A DNA stretch of 63,111 nt, the filler included, from Saprolegnia diclina VS20 (taxonomy: Eukaryota): the NCBI RefSeq assembly GCF_000281045.1. It is 12 parts of 2 records of this genome, joined end to end, with 100 filler letters (N's around TTAATTAATTAA, not from the genome) between each part and the next. Parts side by side here need not be neighbours in the genome. Positions count along the whole stretch, not along the records: positions 41,885 to 47,193 come from NW_008246121.1; positions 47,294 to 49,052 come from NW_008246121.1; positions 49,153 to 51,245 come from NW_008246121.1; positions 51,346 to 53,409 come from NW_008246121.1; positions 53,510 to 54,635 come from NW_008246122.1; positions 54,736 to 56,498 come from NW_008246122.1; positions 56,599 to 58,246 come from NW_008246122.1; 5 more parts are not named here. One strand, written 5' to 3'. Shown one piece after another: positions 46,560-58,346 of the stretch. Made by a program: the position numbers and the translations under genes. Within the stretch, counting starts at the first letter, position 1, and each line of letters opens with the position of its first letter. The notes under the pieces were generated by a model that searched no databases, was not told the origin of the DNA, and worked only from the letters and a program-made list of their open reading frames with translations.

Positions 46560-47720
46560 GCCAGCGAAATTGCGTTTGGAGCAGGATTCGATTCGATTTT
46601 TTATCCGGACGATGGTGGATTGGTTCTTTTTCCGGATCATCGACCAGGAGCTTCAACACCACTTTGCTCCACGATTCGAAATGTGAAATCAAACGACTGC
46701 AGTACCTACTACTACTAGTACTGTACTGTAGTTGCTACCTTACGACGAGCAACTCGTCGTCAGGGACGAGCGGAAGCAAGGCGCCGATCTTGCAGGCGTG
46801 GCGTTGGGTCAACACGGAAAATCTACCCCTGAGCAATCCTGGTCGTCCTTTACTCGATATACTTACGACGTGAATCTACGACAGTAACCTCGATCGGCAA
46901 CGAACGAGCGCTGTTGTTGCAGGTGTGCACGTGGTCGCCTCGATGGACGCAGTCGTGACGGTGATGGCCGACCACCCGACGTCGACCATGTTGCTTGTTG
47001 CATCTGATCTTGTGCAAACGATTGGTATTGACGACGTAACAAAAGCTGCAGCGATGTTTGAAGGGCAAGTACTCTCGCCATCAGCGTGTCCTTGGGCGGC
47101 GCGCGCAACGGTTTTGGTCGACCACCCAACGCCGACGATTCGGTTGGTCGTGTCGCTCGCATCGTCGATGCGTGCTTGAAGCGCGACGTATTCNNNNNNN
47201 NNNNNNNNNNNNNNNNNNNNNNNNNNNNNNNNNNNNNTTAATTAATTAANNNNNNNNNNNNNNNNNNNNNNNNNNNNNNNNNNNNNNNNNNNNTTGCTTG
47301 GTCAACCAACCAGACGCAGCAAGCACCCAAAGACAGCTCTCAAAGATGTGCCATGCAAGATGATTCGCATACACTTGATTCGACCATCACTCACAAGATA
47401 CGCTACAATGCTGGTACCAAATGCCACGATCGCATTGGCCGAACAATTCAACTTATCCTAGGGATGAAATCGTCTTTCAGGGGATGTCTATCTTGGCGTG
47501 GTCGGACCTGTCGGCTGCTTGAAGTAGAAACTGACGTGGTTTGTGCAAGCGCCGGACTGTAGTATCACACATGCGACCGCCTCAATGCGGCACCGAATCC
47601 CGCGGTCATCGTTCATGATAGATCGCTCGTGCTTGGTGTACAAACGTTTGACGAGCGTTTAGAATGGAGAGATCACGTTATTGTGTTTTAAACAACATCA
47701 ACTCATACAAGAGCAATGAG

Positions 47721-48449
47721 TTATATTTCTACGAGCGACATGTACCCCACATCGCATCGACACGTCGGACAGGTTGCCGCCACCGCACACCACTGCTGAA
47801 GGCAAGCTTGGTGGAAGACATGACCGCACGCTAGCTCGAGCACTGTCGACGGGCAGCTCAAATCGTCAACGGCAAACTCACCCAAGCACACCACGCACGG
47901 GTCCATGTCCTGGGGCATCTCGTTGATACGGCGCACCGAGATCGCTAGCACAGCCTCCGGCACGCACAAGAACGCGCGAAGGCATTGAACGACGTCGTCC
48001 GCTTCCTTTGGCGCGCCAGCCGTCGGCACAACGCAGCTCGCGTACAAGCTCCAGAGATGTTCGACAAAGGTCTGAAAACGCCTCATGCGCTCGGCAATGA
48101 TACGTGGTCTCTCCGGGTCCCACGTCTTGGCGGGAAAAGGCAGCTGGAGCACGTGGGGAAGGGATCGCGACGGCATCGCAGCGTGGAGCTGCGCCAATTG
48201 CATGCGGAGTTGGAGCAGCAGCGAGTAGCGCGTGTGAAGGGTCCACGATCGTGACGTGATTGGGCACGTGAACGTCAGATCGTATTGGACAAAGTAGCCC
48301 AGCGTGTGCGATCCCGCGCCGATTGATGGCGCGACAACGACTGGTGCGAGAGTGAAGGCTGTCGTCCAAGGTGCCAAGAGAGACGTCGTGCGTGGCCATG
48401 TCTTGGCCAGTTGCTTGGCCGATGCAAGGAAGTGAATCTCGTCATTCAT
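47721..48449 (-). CDS. PX + RING-H2 protein, copy 3
   Basis: MNDEIHFLASAK..., PX motifs, CVVCLGEF...CGHVFHQAC...CPTCR. Confidence 0.9.
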   Translation of the reverse strand: MNDEIHFLASAKQLAKTWPRTTSLLAPWTTAFTLAPVVVAPSIGAGSHTLGYFVQYDLTFTCPITSRSWTLHTRYSLLLQLRMQLAQLHAAMPSRSLPHVLQLPFPAKTWDPERPRIIAERMRRFQTFVEHLWSLYASCVVPTAGAPKEADDVVQCLRAFLCVPEAVLAISVRRINEMPQDMDPCVVCLGEFAVDDLSCPSTVLELACGHVFHQACLQQWCAVAATCPTCRCDVGYMSLVEI

Positions 48450-49152
48450 GCGAGTCGAGGTTGGGTGTGTGCTGTGAGAGAGAGCTAAATGAAAAGTGGA
48501 AACGAGGGACATAGGGCTGCAAAGCATCTCGAGAAGATTGGTAGAGGGGGAGCGAATCCGACCTTACAGCAAACCGTTGGATGAGCCCATTGTACTAGTT
48601 GGATGCGACGACACGCTGTTTGTTCCGAACTGGCGAGTCCCAACCAAACATGCGGCTGTCTGGCAGAATTAGGTGCTCAAGAGATGTAGGGCAAGGGAAA
48701 GGGTGTGTTGTATTAAATGAGCGTCGATTGGTGGCTATGGTATTGCACGCAGAGAACGAGTAGTCAAAGTACTTTTGTACTACATATCTATGAACGTGTT
48801 TCGCGTTATCTTCATCATTATACAAAGACTTCGCATACGTAGAGACTAGCAATCTCCTTCTTCTTCATTCGCTCGCCGGGCCGTGGCGGCGGCGCGGGGG
48901 TTTGTACTACATAGCCCCTTAACTCTCTGCCCACGCCATGGAATGAAATTTTATTGAACGCTTCATTGACAACTCTTTGGTATCTAGTACGTGTTGCTGC
49001 CAGTGCCCTCGCCAGAAGGTTCAATGTATGCCATCAGCACGTTGCATTTGAANNNNNNNNNNNNNNNNNNNNNNNNNNNNNNNNNNNNNNNNNNNNTTAA
49101 TTAATTAANNNNNNNNNNNNNNNNNNNNNNNNNNNNNNNNNNNNNNNNNNNN

Positions 49153-49859
49153 CGACACGTCGGGCACGTTGCAGCCACCGCACACCACTGCTGAAGACAG
49201 TCGCGATGGAAGATGTGTCCGCACGCTAGCGCTAGCACCGTCGATGGACCGTAAACGTCTTCAACGTCCAACGCGCCCAAGCAAACAACGCACGGGTTCA
49301 TGTCATGAGGCATGTCTTCAACGTGGCGCACCGAGATGGCCAGCGCAGTCTCTGGTACGCTCAAGAACTCACGGAAGCTCGTGCGAACGACATCGGCGTC
49401 CTCTGGCGCGCGATCGATTGGCACTACATAGCTCACGTACAAGATCCAAATATGCTCGAGAAAGATCTGGAAGCGCTGCATGCGCTCGGCAATAACACTC
49501 GGCCTCTCCGAGTCGAGTACCTTCTTGGGAAAGGGCAGTTGCAAGAGGCCAGCTAGGGATGGCGACGGTGCTGCTGCGTGAAGCTTTGCCAACTGCGATC
49601 GAAACTGAAGCAGCTGCTAATAGCGCTTGTGAATCGTCCACGACTGCGATGTGATCGGGCACGTCAAGCGCACATCATACTGGACAAAATAGCCAACCAT
49701 GCCCTGCCGCGAGCCAATCGATGCGTCCAGCGTGATGGGCCTCTGCGTCGCAAGCCATGGAAACGGCTGTGTCGATGCTCGACTTGGGAGCGATGCAAAA
49801 AGTGCCTTGGCGGATGCGATAAAATGAATCTCATCGCTCGTGACGTGGCGCAACGACAT
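49153..49859 (-). pseudogene. PX + RING-H2 copy 4 with premature stop
   Basis: IHKRY-TAG-QLL at ~49617 where paralogs read RYSQLL (TCG to TAG). The rest of the frame is intact up to the contig edge. Confidence 0.8.
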
Positions 49860-50126
49860 GCCGACGCGGTCAAAAGTGCGTGTGCGCGGCCAAAGTCAAA
49901 GTGAGAGTGCGCAGAGAGAAAGTCCGACAGCAATCTCCACCGCAACCACTAGGATGATTTGCTTGGTCAACCAACCAGACGCAGCAAGCACCCAAAGACA
50001 GCTCTCAAAGATGTGCCATGCAAGATNNNNNNNNNNNNNNNNNNNNNNNNNNNNNNNNNNNNNNNNNNNNNNNNNNNNNNNNNNNNNNNNNNNNNNNNNN
50101 NNNNNNNNNNNNNNNNNNNNNNNNNN

Positions 50127-50830
50127 TGTTGAGACTCAAGCGGTTTCGTTCACTTTGCGAAATCTGGAGACTATCGACGCTCGCCAACTTTTGTTGCAAC
50201 TGTGAGCAAGAGGCTGCAACATGTAGTACTGCATGACATTGGCGACGCCAATTGTAGCAAGCGCCGTATCCGGGGGGCGACGGGTCGGCGAAGCCGAGGT
50301 CGGCAAAGTTGCCCCAAGGCGCGCAGGCGTTGGCAATGACAGCTATGCTTGGCGACGACGACCAAGCCGGGACCGGGAACGTCGTGAACGCAGCCTGCAC
50401 GTAGCTAAGTGACCCTGGTGGCGGGCGGACCACGTAACAAGCGCCGGCTTGAGGCCGAGGCGGCTTGATGTTTTAGCGGAAGGCGATGACCGGCAGCTCG
50501 CCGTTGACGAAGTGGAAGATACTATCGGCCGTCTTGCTGTCCAGAGCAACCCACGCGAGCTGGTACCGGTACCAAAGTACCGGCAGGCTGACTGCTTGCA
50601 GTATCATGGCCTTGCCAGCTAGGGTCGTCGACTTGTGGCGCCAAAGGAGCGGCCGGTCGTGCAGGCGACGCAGTGCGTCGCCACAGCGTGCGCTGCGCGG
50701 CAGGTTCGGAGCGACGAGGATACCAAGTGCCTTGGTCGGCTTCGACGGCTGAACAAGCTGCCGCGTCGGAATGTTCGACAGAGGTGACTTGCGTCGTGTC
50801 TCGGTTCAGCTTGAGACCCGAGAGGCTGCT
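50127..50830 (-). mobile_element. Degenerate L1/Tx1-like LINE ORF2 fragment (post-RT region)
   Basis: Minus-strand translation SGLKLN..., KALGILV..., LWRHKSTTLAGKAMILQAVSLPVLWY, typical of the region following the RT core. Contains stops and frameshifts. Confidence 0.65.
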
Positions 50831-51345
50831 AAAGTGGGTTTTTGTCTAGTAACGCTAGGCTCCAATGATAAATCGATCGACAGAGAGACGAGCAATCAAC
50901 ATTGACAACAACTACGACTGGGACTTGCGAAAGAAAATGCGAGGCACCGTGCGCGCAAACTATTCTCGGTGGAGGTTGATGCGCATTTCGAAATGCGTGT
51001 CGAGCTCATCGTGGATCTCGTGATTCGATTCGCACGGGAATTGCAGAGAACAGCACCGAGAAAAGTGGCGAGTGTGCGATGAGTGCGAGTCTTGCATGGG
51101 CCGAGTTGCTTGCTGTCTCTGGGAATATTTCCGCTGTAGTTGGAGCATAAACCTGGGATAGTATTTTGCAGGCTTCAACCCAGTGGCATGGACGGCACTG
51201 TAGCTGGCAAGACTGGGAGGAAGATGATCGGTGCATTGTTGATGCNNNNNNNNNNNNNNNNNNNNNNNNNNNNNNNNNNNNNNNNNNNNTTAATTAATTA
51301 ANNNNNNNNNNNNNNNNNNNNNNNNNNNNNNNNNNNNNNNNNNNN

Positions 51346-51430
51346 CTTGCGTGACTGGCTGGCGATCACACCGCGCTGTCCGACGTGCCGCGGAGCACCC
51401 GGATCGATCGCACTCCATGTCACTCCATAG
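51346..51430 (+). CDS. 3' end of another PX-RING paralog (copy-1 type), cut by contig edge
   Basis: LRDWLAITPRCPTCRGAPGSIALHV versus copy 1 LRDWLAITPCCPTCRGALGSIVLHV. Confidence 0.7.
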
Positions 51431-51699
51431 ATAGATCCGACGGTTCGCACAATAATGGCTCGGTTAACAAAGTGACGACTGCATCGTGAACTCGTATGAA
51501 ACATTCAATGGACAGTATTGTGGCGGGCATCATCAACATAACCCAATATTGAGGGGTTCGTTGAGATGTGCAGCTAACGTTATCACAACATCGCAACGCA
51601 GAAGAGACGTCGTATTGCGGCGACAGGCACTTGGCCACTGGCTTCAGAAGGATGCGTTGGTGTTGAGAAAGCGAGTGACGATATTGTCCGGCTGTGGCC

Positions 51700-51880
51700 G
51701 CCAGTGTATGTTGCTTGTGCACGTTGGTGGTGCGATATGAGAGCGAAGCTGTGTGTCTGCGTGCCAGCACCAGCTCCGTTCATGGACTGTTCACGGCTCC
51801 AACGACAACCTCACTCTAGCACACAACGCACAGGTCCTTGTCGTGGGGCTTTTCTTCAATGTGGCGTACCGAGATGGGCA
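51700..51880 (-). pseudogene. Highly decayed PX-RING C-terminal remnant
   Basis: Reverse complement contains CCATCTCGGTACGCCACATTGAAG...GACCTGTGCGTTGTGTGC, matching the ISVRHI...DPCVVC region of paralogs. Confidence 0.6.
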
Positions 51881-52429
51881 GTGCGGTCTTCATATCACAC
51901 TGCACGTTTGCCTATCGCATTGAAGTACTGTATCTCAGTAGTCTCCAAACAGCGTATCTATTTGCCGTGGCACATGCCTTGGCATCCTAGGTCGCTGCCC
52001 TGGTAGCCACCTATTGGTAGTCGAAAAACGATGCTGCTACCTTGGTGTCATAATAAGTCTCTAACCATGAAAGCACGACTCTAGTGCCAACAACGCAAGC
52101 GGATGCAGGATAGCATCCCTGCGTGCACGCGGCAAATCTAAAAATAGACTCAAAAACACATGTTTGTTTTCCCAATTGCCTGTCACACGGGTTGGGAGTG
52201 GACCTGCGTAGAACAACAAAAGATCTCAATAGACTCATTCCAATAACAACGAAAGATTGTTGCGTGTCCAGGTGGGTAGTCTTTCGCACCTGCGTAGGAC
52301 AGGATTTGTTGAAGTCGAATCAAACCAGTACAGTCAATCGCTCAGTCTCCATTCACCCACATCGGACCAAGCGGTGTCGGTGTACCTCGTTGCCTAGAGC
52401 CTGCTCTTTTGATCTGAACCGCCTTTGAC

Positions 52430-52864
52430 ATGATGAACTTTATTGTATCCGCCAAGCAACTGGCCGCTTCACGACCAAGCACGTGGCGGCAACTGGCACC
52501 TACCCCGTGGCCAACGGTCTTCAAGCTCGTGCCCGTCGTCGTCACGCCATCGGCCGTTTTGGGACCACACAAGATGAGCTACTTTGTGCAATACGAGATG
52601 CGGCTGCAATGCCCCATCACATTCCGGTCATGGACGATCCACAAGCGCTACTCGCAGCTGCTCCAGTTGCGATCGCAGCTGGCCAAGCTGCACGCCACGA
52701 AGCCATCGCGTTTCCTGGCTTACTTGTTCAAGCTGCCTTTTCCAAAAGGTGCTCGACTGGGATTGGCCCCTCGTCATTGTCGACCGCATGCAGCGCTTCC
52801 AAATATTTCTCGAGCACATCTGGAGCTTGTATGTGAGCTGTGTGGTGCCAATGACCGAAGCCTC
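52430..52864 (+). pseudogene. PX-RING copy with frameshift (~52748); runs into N gap
   Basis: MMNFIVSAKQLA...WTIHKRYSQLL...LPFPK, then continues in another frame as VLDWDWPLVIVDRMQRFQIFLEHIWSLY. Confidence 0.75.
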
Positions 52865-53509
52865 NNNNNNNNNNNNNNNNNNNNNNNNNNNNNNNNNNNN
52901 NNNNNNNNNNNNNNNNNNNNNNNNNNNNNNNNNNNNNNNNNNNNNNNNNNNNNNNNNNNNNNNNTTTGTATTAGTGTTTCAAGTTCATTCATCGTAAGAA
53001 CTACGTAATGTGATTCTGACCATGTATTGTGTGCAAGCTACCGAGCTCAGTACTAGTACAATACACTAGTACATTAGAACCAGTATTGTATATTTAACTG
53101 TCGGGTGGTCCGAGTACAGGAGCCTGCGTACGACCTCGCGCGAGCTATTACTCGGCGAGTGGGGTCCACCACGGGATGGATCTCTCCGTACGCAGCTCAC
53201 TCCCAACGACCAAGCGCTGGAGCCAACTCCCACGCATTCAGGCGTAGCGCTAGTACGTATGCGGAGTCTTTGTGTCATAATGAAGATAACGCGGAACACG
53301 TTCCTATACATATTGTATATTTGACCTTGCGTTATAGTATATTGACGTGCCGTCCACAAGGCAATTGAGGAGCGAGCTCATCACTGTAAAGTCGAGCTGA
53401 GTCTTATCANNNNNNNNNNNNNNNNNNNNNNNNNNNNNNNNNNNNNNNNNNNNTTAATTAATTAANNNNNNNNNNNNNNNNNNNNNNNNNNNNNNNNNNN
53501 NNNNNNNNN

Positions 53510-54014
53510 CGTCTTTCCGCTCATCTTCCTCGTGCCGCTCTACTTTATGATTGGCTTTGACGCGTCCGACGCGACGCTCTTCTTTAGCTTTTACCTCTTC
53601 ATCATGCTCATCACGAGTGCGGCGACGGCCCTCGGCTACATGGTGTCGTGCATCGGCAAGAACGCGGACGTCGCCAACATCCTCGGCATCTTGTTTCTAT
53701 TGCCCGGCGTCATCTTTGGCGGCCTCTTCCTCAACTCGAACGACATTCCCGTCTACTTCAAGTGGTGCGAGTTCATTACGCCGCTCAAGTATGGCTTCCG
53801 GGGCATCTCGCGCGCCTATTGGAGCACGATCAAGGACATCCCTTGCAACCCGGGACAGACGTGCGCGGCGCGCAACGGCCAAGAGGTGCTCGTCAACCTC
53901 GGCTTGGACGATGAGACGCTCTTGTACGACGTGGCTTTTATGCTCTGGATCAACGCCGCGTACCGTCTCGTGGGCCTCGGCGCGCTCTACCTCAAGGTCT
54001 ACAAGCGCATTTGA
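53510..54014 (+). CDS. ABCG/White-family ABC transporter, C-terminal TMD (partial)
   Basis: PLYFMIG, LGYMVSC, IFGGLFLNSNDIPVYFKWCEFITPLKYGF, GQEVLVNLG. Confidence 0.9.
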
Positions 54015-54386
54015 TGGTCTTGTTTTGAAATATACTACTTTTACTACATAACAAGCATTCCTAGTTTTCTGTTGTGCGGTATGGCGGGTGCTACGAAGGC
54101 TACAACGATCGGACGGACGGGTGAAGTGGGGCCACCTCGAGAACTGCAACTCCAATCGACTTCATAGGCAGGCGACTCGGACTCTGCAGCGTACTCCAGA
54201 TTCTCGATCCTTGATCGTGTCGAGTCAAGAGTGTGGTTGAGATGCTCTACTCTGAGACCATTTCGTCACTAGTTTCCTACTCCATCGCTGTAAGTCCGTG
54301 CTGCAGCCACAACAAGACGCAATGCAAGCACAACATCTCGTATTGCAGAGGTACACGATATGCAAACACAGCAGTGGACGCGAGAG

Positions 54387-54635
54387 CTAGAGCACCGTGG
54401 CCGAGATGACACCAGCCGCGTTCGTCGTCGCCCCCTTGGCGCTCTTCAAGTAGCACACGCCGCTGGCCCACGAGAACGCGCTGCACCCGCCCGTGTTGCG
54501 GCACAGCTCGCAGCAGCGCACGTACGTTGGCGACGCCGCAGTTCCAATGTTGTTACCAATGTAGTCGACGTTGGTCTCCGGCGCCGAGCAGCGGTAGAGC
54601 GCGACGGCCGTGACACCCGGCAGCGACACTTGGCC
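54387..54635 (-). CDS. Secreted-type protein C-terminus with Apple/PAN domain (CBEL-like), partial
   Basis: CSAPETNVDYIGNNIG...CCELCRNTGGCSAFSWASGVCYLKS. Confidence 0.85.
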   Translation of the reverse strand, partial: GQVSLPGVTAVALYRCSAPETNVDYIGNNIGTAASPTYVRCCELCRNTGGCSAFSWASGVCYLKSAKGATTNAAGVISATVL

Positions 54636-54735
54636 NNNNNNNNNNNNNNNNNNNNNNNNNNNNNNNNNNNNNNNNNNNNTTAATTAATTAANNNNNNNNN
54701 NNNNNNNNNNNNNNNNNNNNNNNNNNNNNNNNNNN

Positions 54736-55355
54736 CACAGTAGCTGCGGCGGCAAGATCGTGGTTCACTGCGACATCTCGATGCGCAACCACCTGCCCGT
54801 GCACTACTTTGCGGCGTACGGGCGGTTCGAGGTCGTGGGCGAGCAGACGTTTGAGCTTGGGCACATTGTGTCGATGCAGGCGCTGGAGGACGGCGTGCCC
54901 AAGACGCACAACTCGCTCGGCGACTGGTTCCTCGGGTCGCGGACTCCGTCGCGCGTCTGCTACCCGGTACGATGCAGCTCGACATGCGCATGATGGACGT
55001 ATCCTTTGCGTAGAACTTTGTCGAGTTTACGTTCAACGACGCGGCCAAGCACTACTGGCCGTACAACTGGCACGGGTCGGCGGCCAAGGAAAAGCGCAAG
55101 CTGCGCCACCTCTTCGTCGTGTACCTCTTCGAGAAGCGGCTGCGCGAAGAGAGCGTCGAGATGCCGATCGACCTCAAGGTCATTGCGCTCGTGCAGTCGC
55201 CGAGTTTCCACTTGATCAGCTACCGCTGCAACAACTACCAGAGCGTCGGCGCCGGCTCCAAGAACAACCCAAAGCTGCCGCCCATGCCGCTCGACGACGA
55301 CGACGCGCGGGCCAAGCGCTTCCGCTTCAACGAGCAGCAAGGACCCACGTGCTAG
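54736..55355 (+). CDS. Hypothetical protein, partial, one intron (~54967-55013)
   Basis: Strong GC3 codon bias. Exons join as RVCYP|NFVEFTF...WPYNWHGS...HLFVVYLF...QSPSFHLISYR. Confidence 0.65.
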
Positions 55356-56598
55356 GTCGCTCGTATCGAGCGTAGTTGCGTGTCGAGACTCGTAATGGCT
55401 CCTTTTTTGTGACCTCGATGATGAACGATAAGCGGTACTCGTTGCATCCTACCCTGCGGGATCGCTGCCGCCAACGCTGCCACCATGACATAGTACTGTA
55501 CTTGTTGCAGCTGCGAGATGGCTGATGTGGTCGGTGCCAGAAAGGACGGACGAGATTCCATCGATCCCAACGGTAGCGGAACCGCAGAGACTCGGCGGTG
55601 GAGCGCCGTCCTCGAGCCAAGATGTCCGGTTGACCGGGCGGACGTGTGGCGTTGTACCAGTTTGCCGTAGGACTCGACGACGAACCACGACATCACGACA
55701 CGATGGGTGGCACGGGATTACGTGATCGCCTCATCTGTTTCCTAGTAAAGAGCGCTCGATTGGTTCGATATGCTCGAATACGCGTTTCGGATTGGTCAAA
55801 AAGATCCCGAGTCCGCGAATCGAGTTGCGATGCAGCACCAATGAGCGTTGAAAACGTGGCACGTCGAGGATCAAACATCATGGCCGTCGTCCGAGCAACG
55901 CGGAAGGCCTTTCGTTGACTGAGAAACAGTGACGTGGAGTCTTGGGCACACGAAATTCATTAAAGAAGTCAACGAGTGCGTTGCTGCATGTTGGGTTCTT
56001 CGGTCGTCGGCGCGTGTCCACAACAGCTTCGCTCACCTGTTGCTGCTGCGCGCCCATCGTCGAATGCTGCGCCATCTGGAAGAGAAGCATGCACTCGGCG
56101 CGCGCGCTCATGTCCTTGGCGTCAAACTTGGGCGCCCAGAGCCGCAGCAGCTTGTCCTCGAGCTGCCCGAACGTCTAATGAGGCGCGACTACAGCGCTGC
56201 CAGCAACTTGTCGCGGAACTCACCTTTGCTCTTGCGCGCATCGTCGACGATCACCTTGAGCTGGCGGCGGGTCATCTCAAGGTGCTTGAGGTCGTCGGCA
56301 AGATGGTTGGCAACGTCAATAACGTCAAGTGCTGGACGTGCTCCAGCGCATCACGAAGGAAGTCGAACTCCCTGTCGATCGTCGCATCCAGCTCATCGAC
56401 CAGTGTCGTCCACGTCGCGCCGTTGGCCACCCCGGTCTGCAGCTCGATGGCTTGTCCTTCACCGAGTTGAATACAAAGTGCGCCGTAGCCTACACCGANN
56501 NNNNNNNNNNNNNNNNNNNNNNNNNNNNNNNNNNNNNNNNNNTTAATTAATTAANNNNNNNNNNNNNNNNNNNNNNNNNNNNNNNNNNNNNNNNNNNN

Positions 56599-58051
56599 TC
56601 TTTGACTGGCGGCGCTTGATGAAGAATATGACAAGTCCGACAATGACAAGACCGCCGACGACGAGCCCAACGATCAGATCTGTGTCAGACTTCAGCGACG
56701 CACTTGCGCCCGGCGACGCGACGACACACACGCGCACGTCGTACTCGGACGTCGTTGCCCACAGCTCGCGAATCGAGCCGTGGTTGGCTTCGCAAGCTGC
56801 TGTGTCGGTATAGATCGTGCTCGTAACCTTGTAGCCGACGTAGATGACGTTGTTGTCGGGGTCGTATCTATAATAGCCGCGGTCGTCCTTGAGCGCGCTC
56901 GACGGTGCGAGTGCGTCCAGCGCGTTGAATGTCTCTGCGTCGATGGTCACGTTCACGATCGAGCAGTTGGCAATGTTGCTACACAGTCGATAACGTCATC
57001 TGACATGATCAAGGCGGTGTACAAATATGTCAGTCGGCTCGCGAGGCGGACGTTGGCCAGCGCCGTGAGCGGGTTGTTGGAGAGATCCCTATGCACGATG
57101 AAGACCGATTTTGACGTGTACTCCGAGGTCGTACACCGAGGTGACGGCGCGCCAGTCGACGTTGCTGACGTCGGTTAGTTGGTTGAACGACGCGTCTCTA
57201 GTGCGTCGACTGATGACAATGTGTGCATATTAGCGATACGCACAGATTGATCACGGTTGGCGGCAGCCCATTGAGGCTCGTGATCGCGTTGCCCTGAAGT
57301 CCCCTATGCAGTCTTCCTGCCGCTGTCATACTCGGTTATCGCTTTGTACAGCTTGCGAATGCTCGCGGGCAGGTTCGACGGGACGCGCACGAGCATGTTC
57401 TTGGTGATATACCTAGTGCAGGTACAGTGTATTGCCTATTTTGATGCAGAGCGGGACTACAGCGATTTGAGGCCCGGAGGAAACGCGAAGGACGACGAGA
57501 AGCGCACGAGATTGCAGTTGATCAGCTCCCTACATCCGCATTAGTCGACCTGCGGTGGTCGAGCAGCACGGACAAGCAGGTCAACGCTGGCCACGGCGAC
57601 GTGATTTGACTCAGCGACAACGACGCCACGTTTCGCAGGCGCCTACGCAGCTGAGCAATGCAGCAGGCGTGCGAGAGGAGACGGACAGAGTACAGCCTTT
57701 GTAGCGCCGACGGAAGCACCATCTGCGAGAGGTCGAGCGCGAGCGGCGCGCTCTGGACAAACCTATCGAGTCCGTCGGTACCAATGATCCAGAGCCAAAG
57801 CAACCGTACAAGCCGTCTTTGACGTAGTTGGTCAAGTCGCCAATGGCCTGGACGTCCCAGAACGAGTCCGTCGACGCAAAGTACGTGTAGCTGAGGCGCG
57901 AGCAGTTGCCCGGTGATAGGAGACACCACGCGTCGCTGCCGCAGTTGGTGTCGCTCGCAAGAACCGCGCTACCCCCCAGCGACGTGTACGGGCACGACGC
58001 TGCCGCAACGACGCCACTTGCGAGTCCCAGGAGCGCCCACAGGCGTCGCAT
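56599..58051 (-). CDS. LRR receptor-like protein/kinase A: signal peptide, Cys cap, LRR exons, TM; truncated at contig edge
   Basis: MRRLWALLGLASGVVAAASCPY; short LRR exons (e.g. LQGNAITSLNGLPPTVINL, LSNNPLT); TM LIVGLVVGGLVIVGLVIFFIKRR. Confidence 0.8.
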
Positions 58052-58346
58052 GCTCGATGCAAAATGGCAAATCCACGCCCTGCAAGTTCAACAAAGCGCT
58101 GCGTTTCCGACCGCCATACGCCGCACTGGACGGGCGATTCACTGTACCGACCAGCTCCAAACCCATGCGTACGGAGCATCCAATTGCCCATCGTGTGCCG
58201 CACGGCCGCTACCCGACCATTACGCACGAGGATACCGGTACCAGGCNNNNNNNNNNNNNNNNNNNNNNNNNNNNNNNNNNNNNNNNNNNNTTAATTAATT
58301 AANNNNNNNNNNNNNNNNNNNNNNNNNNNNNNNNNNNNNNNNNNNN

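Noticed and set aside
55880..56498. Minus-strand coding-like fragment
   Set aside because: Codon-biased but frameshifted, truncated by the contig edge, and without a recognisable family.
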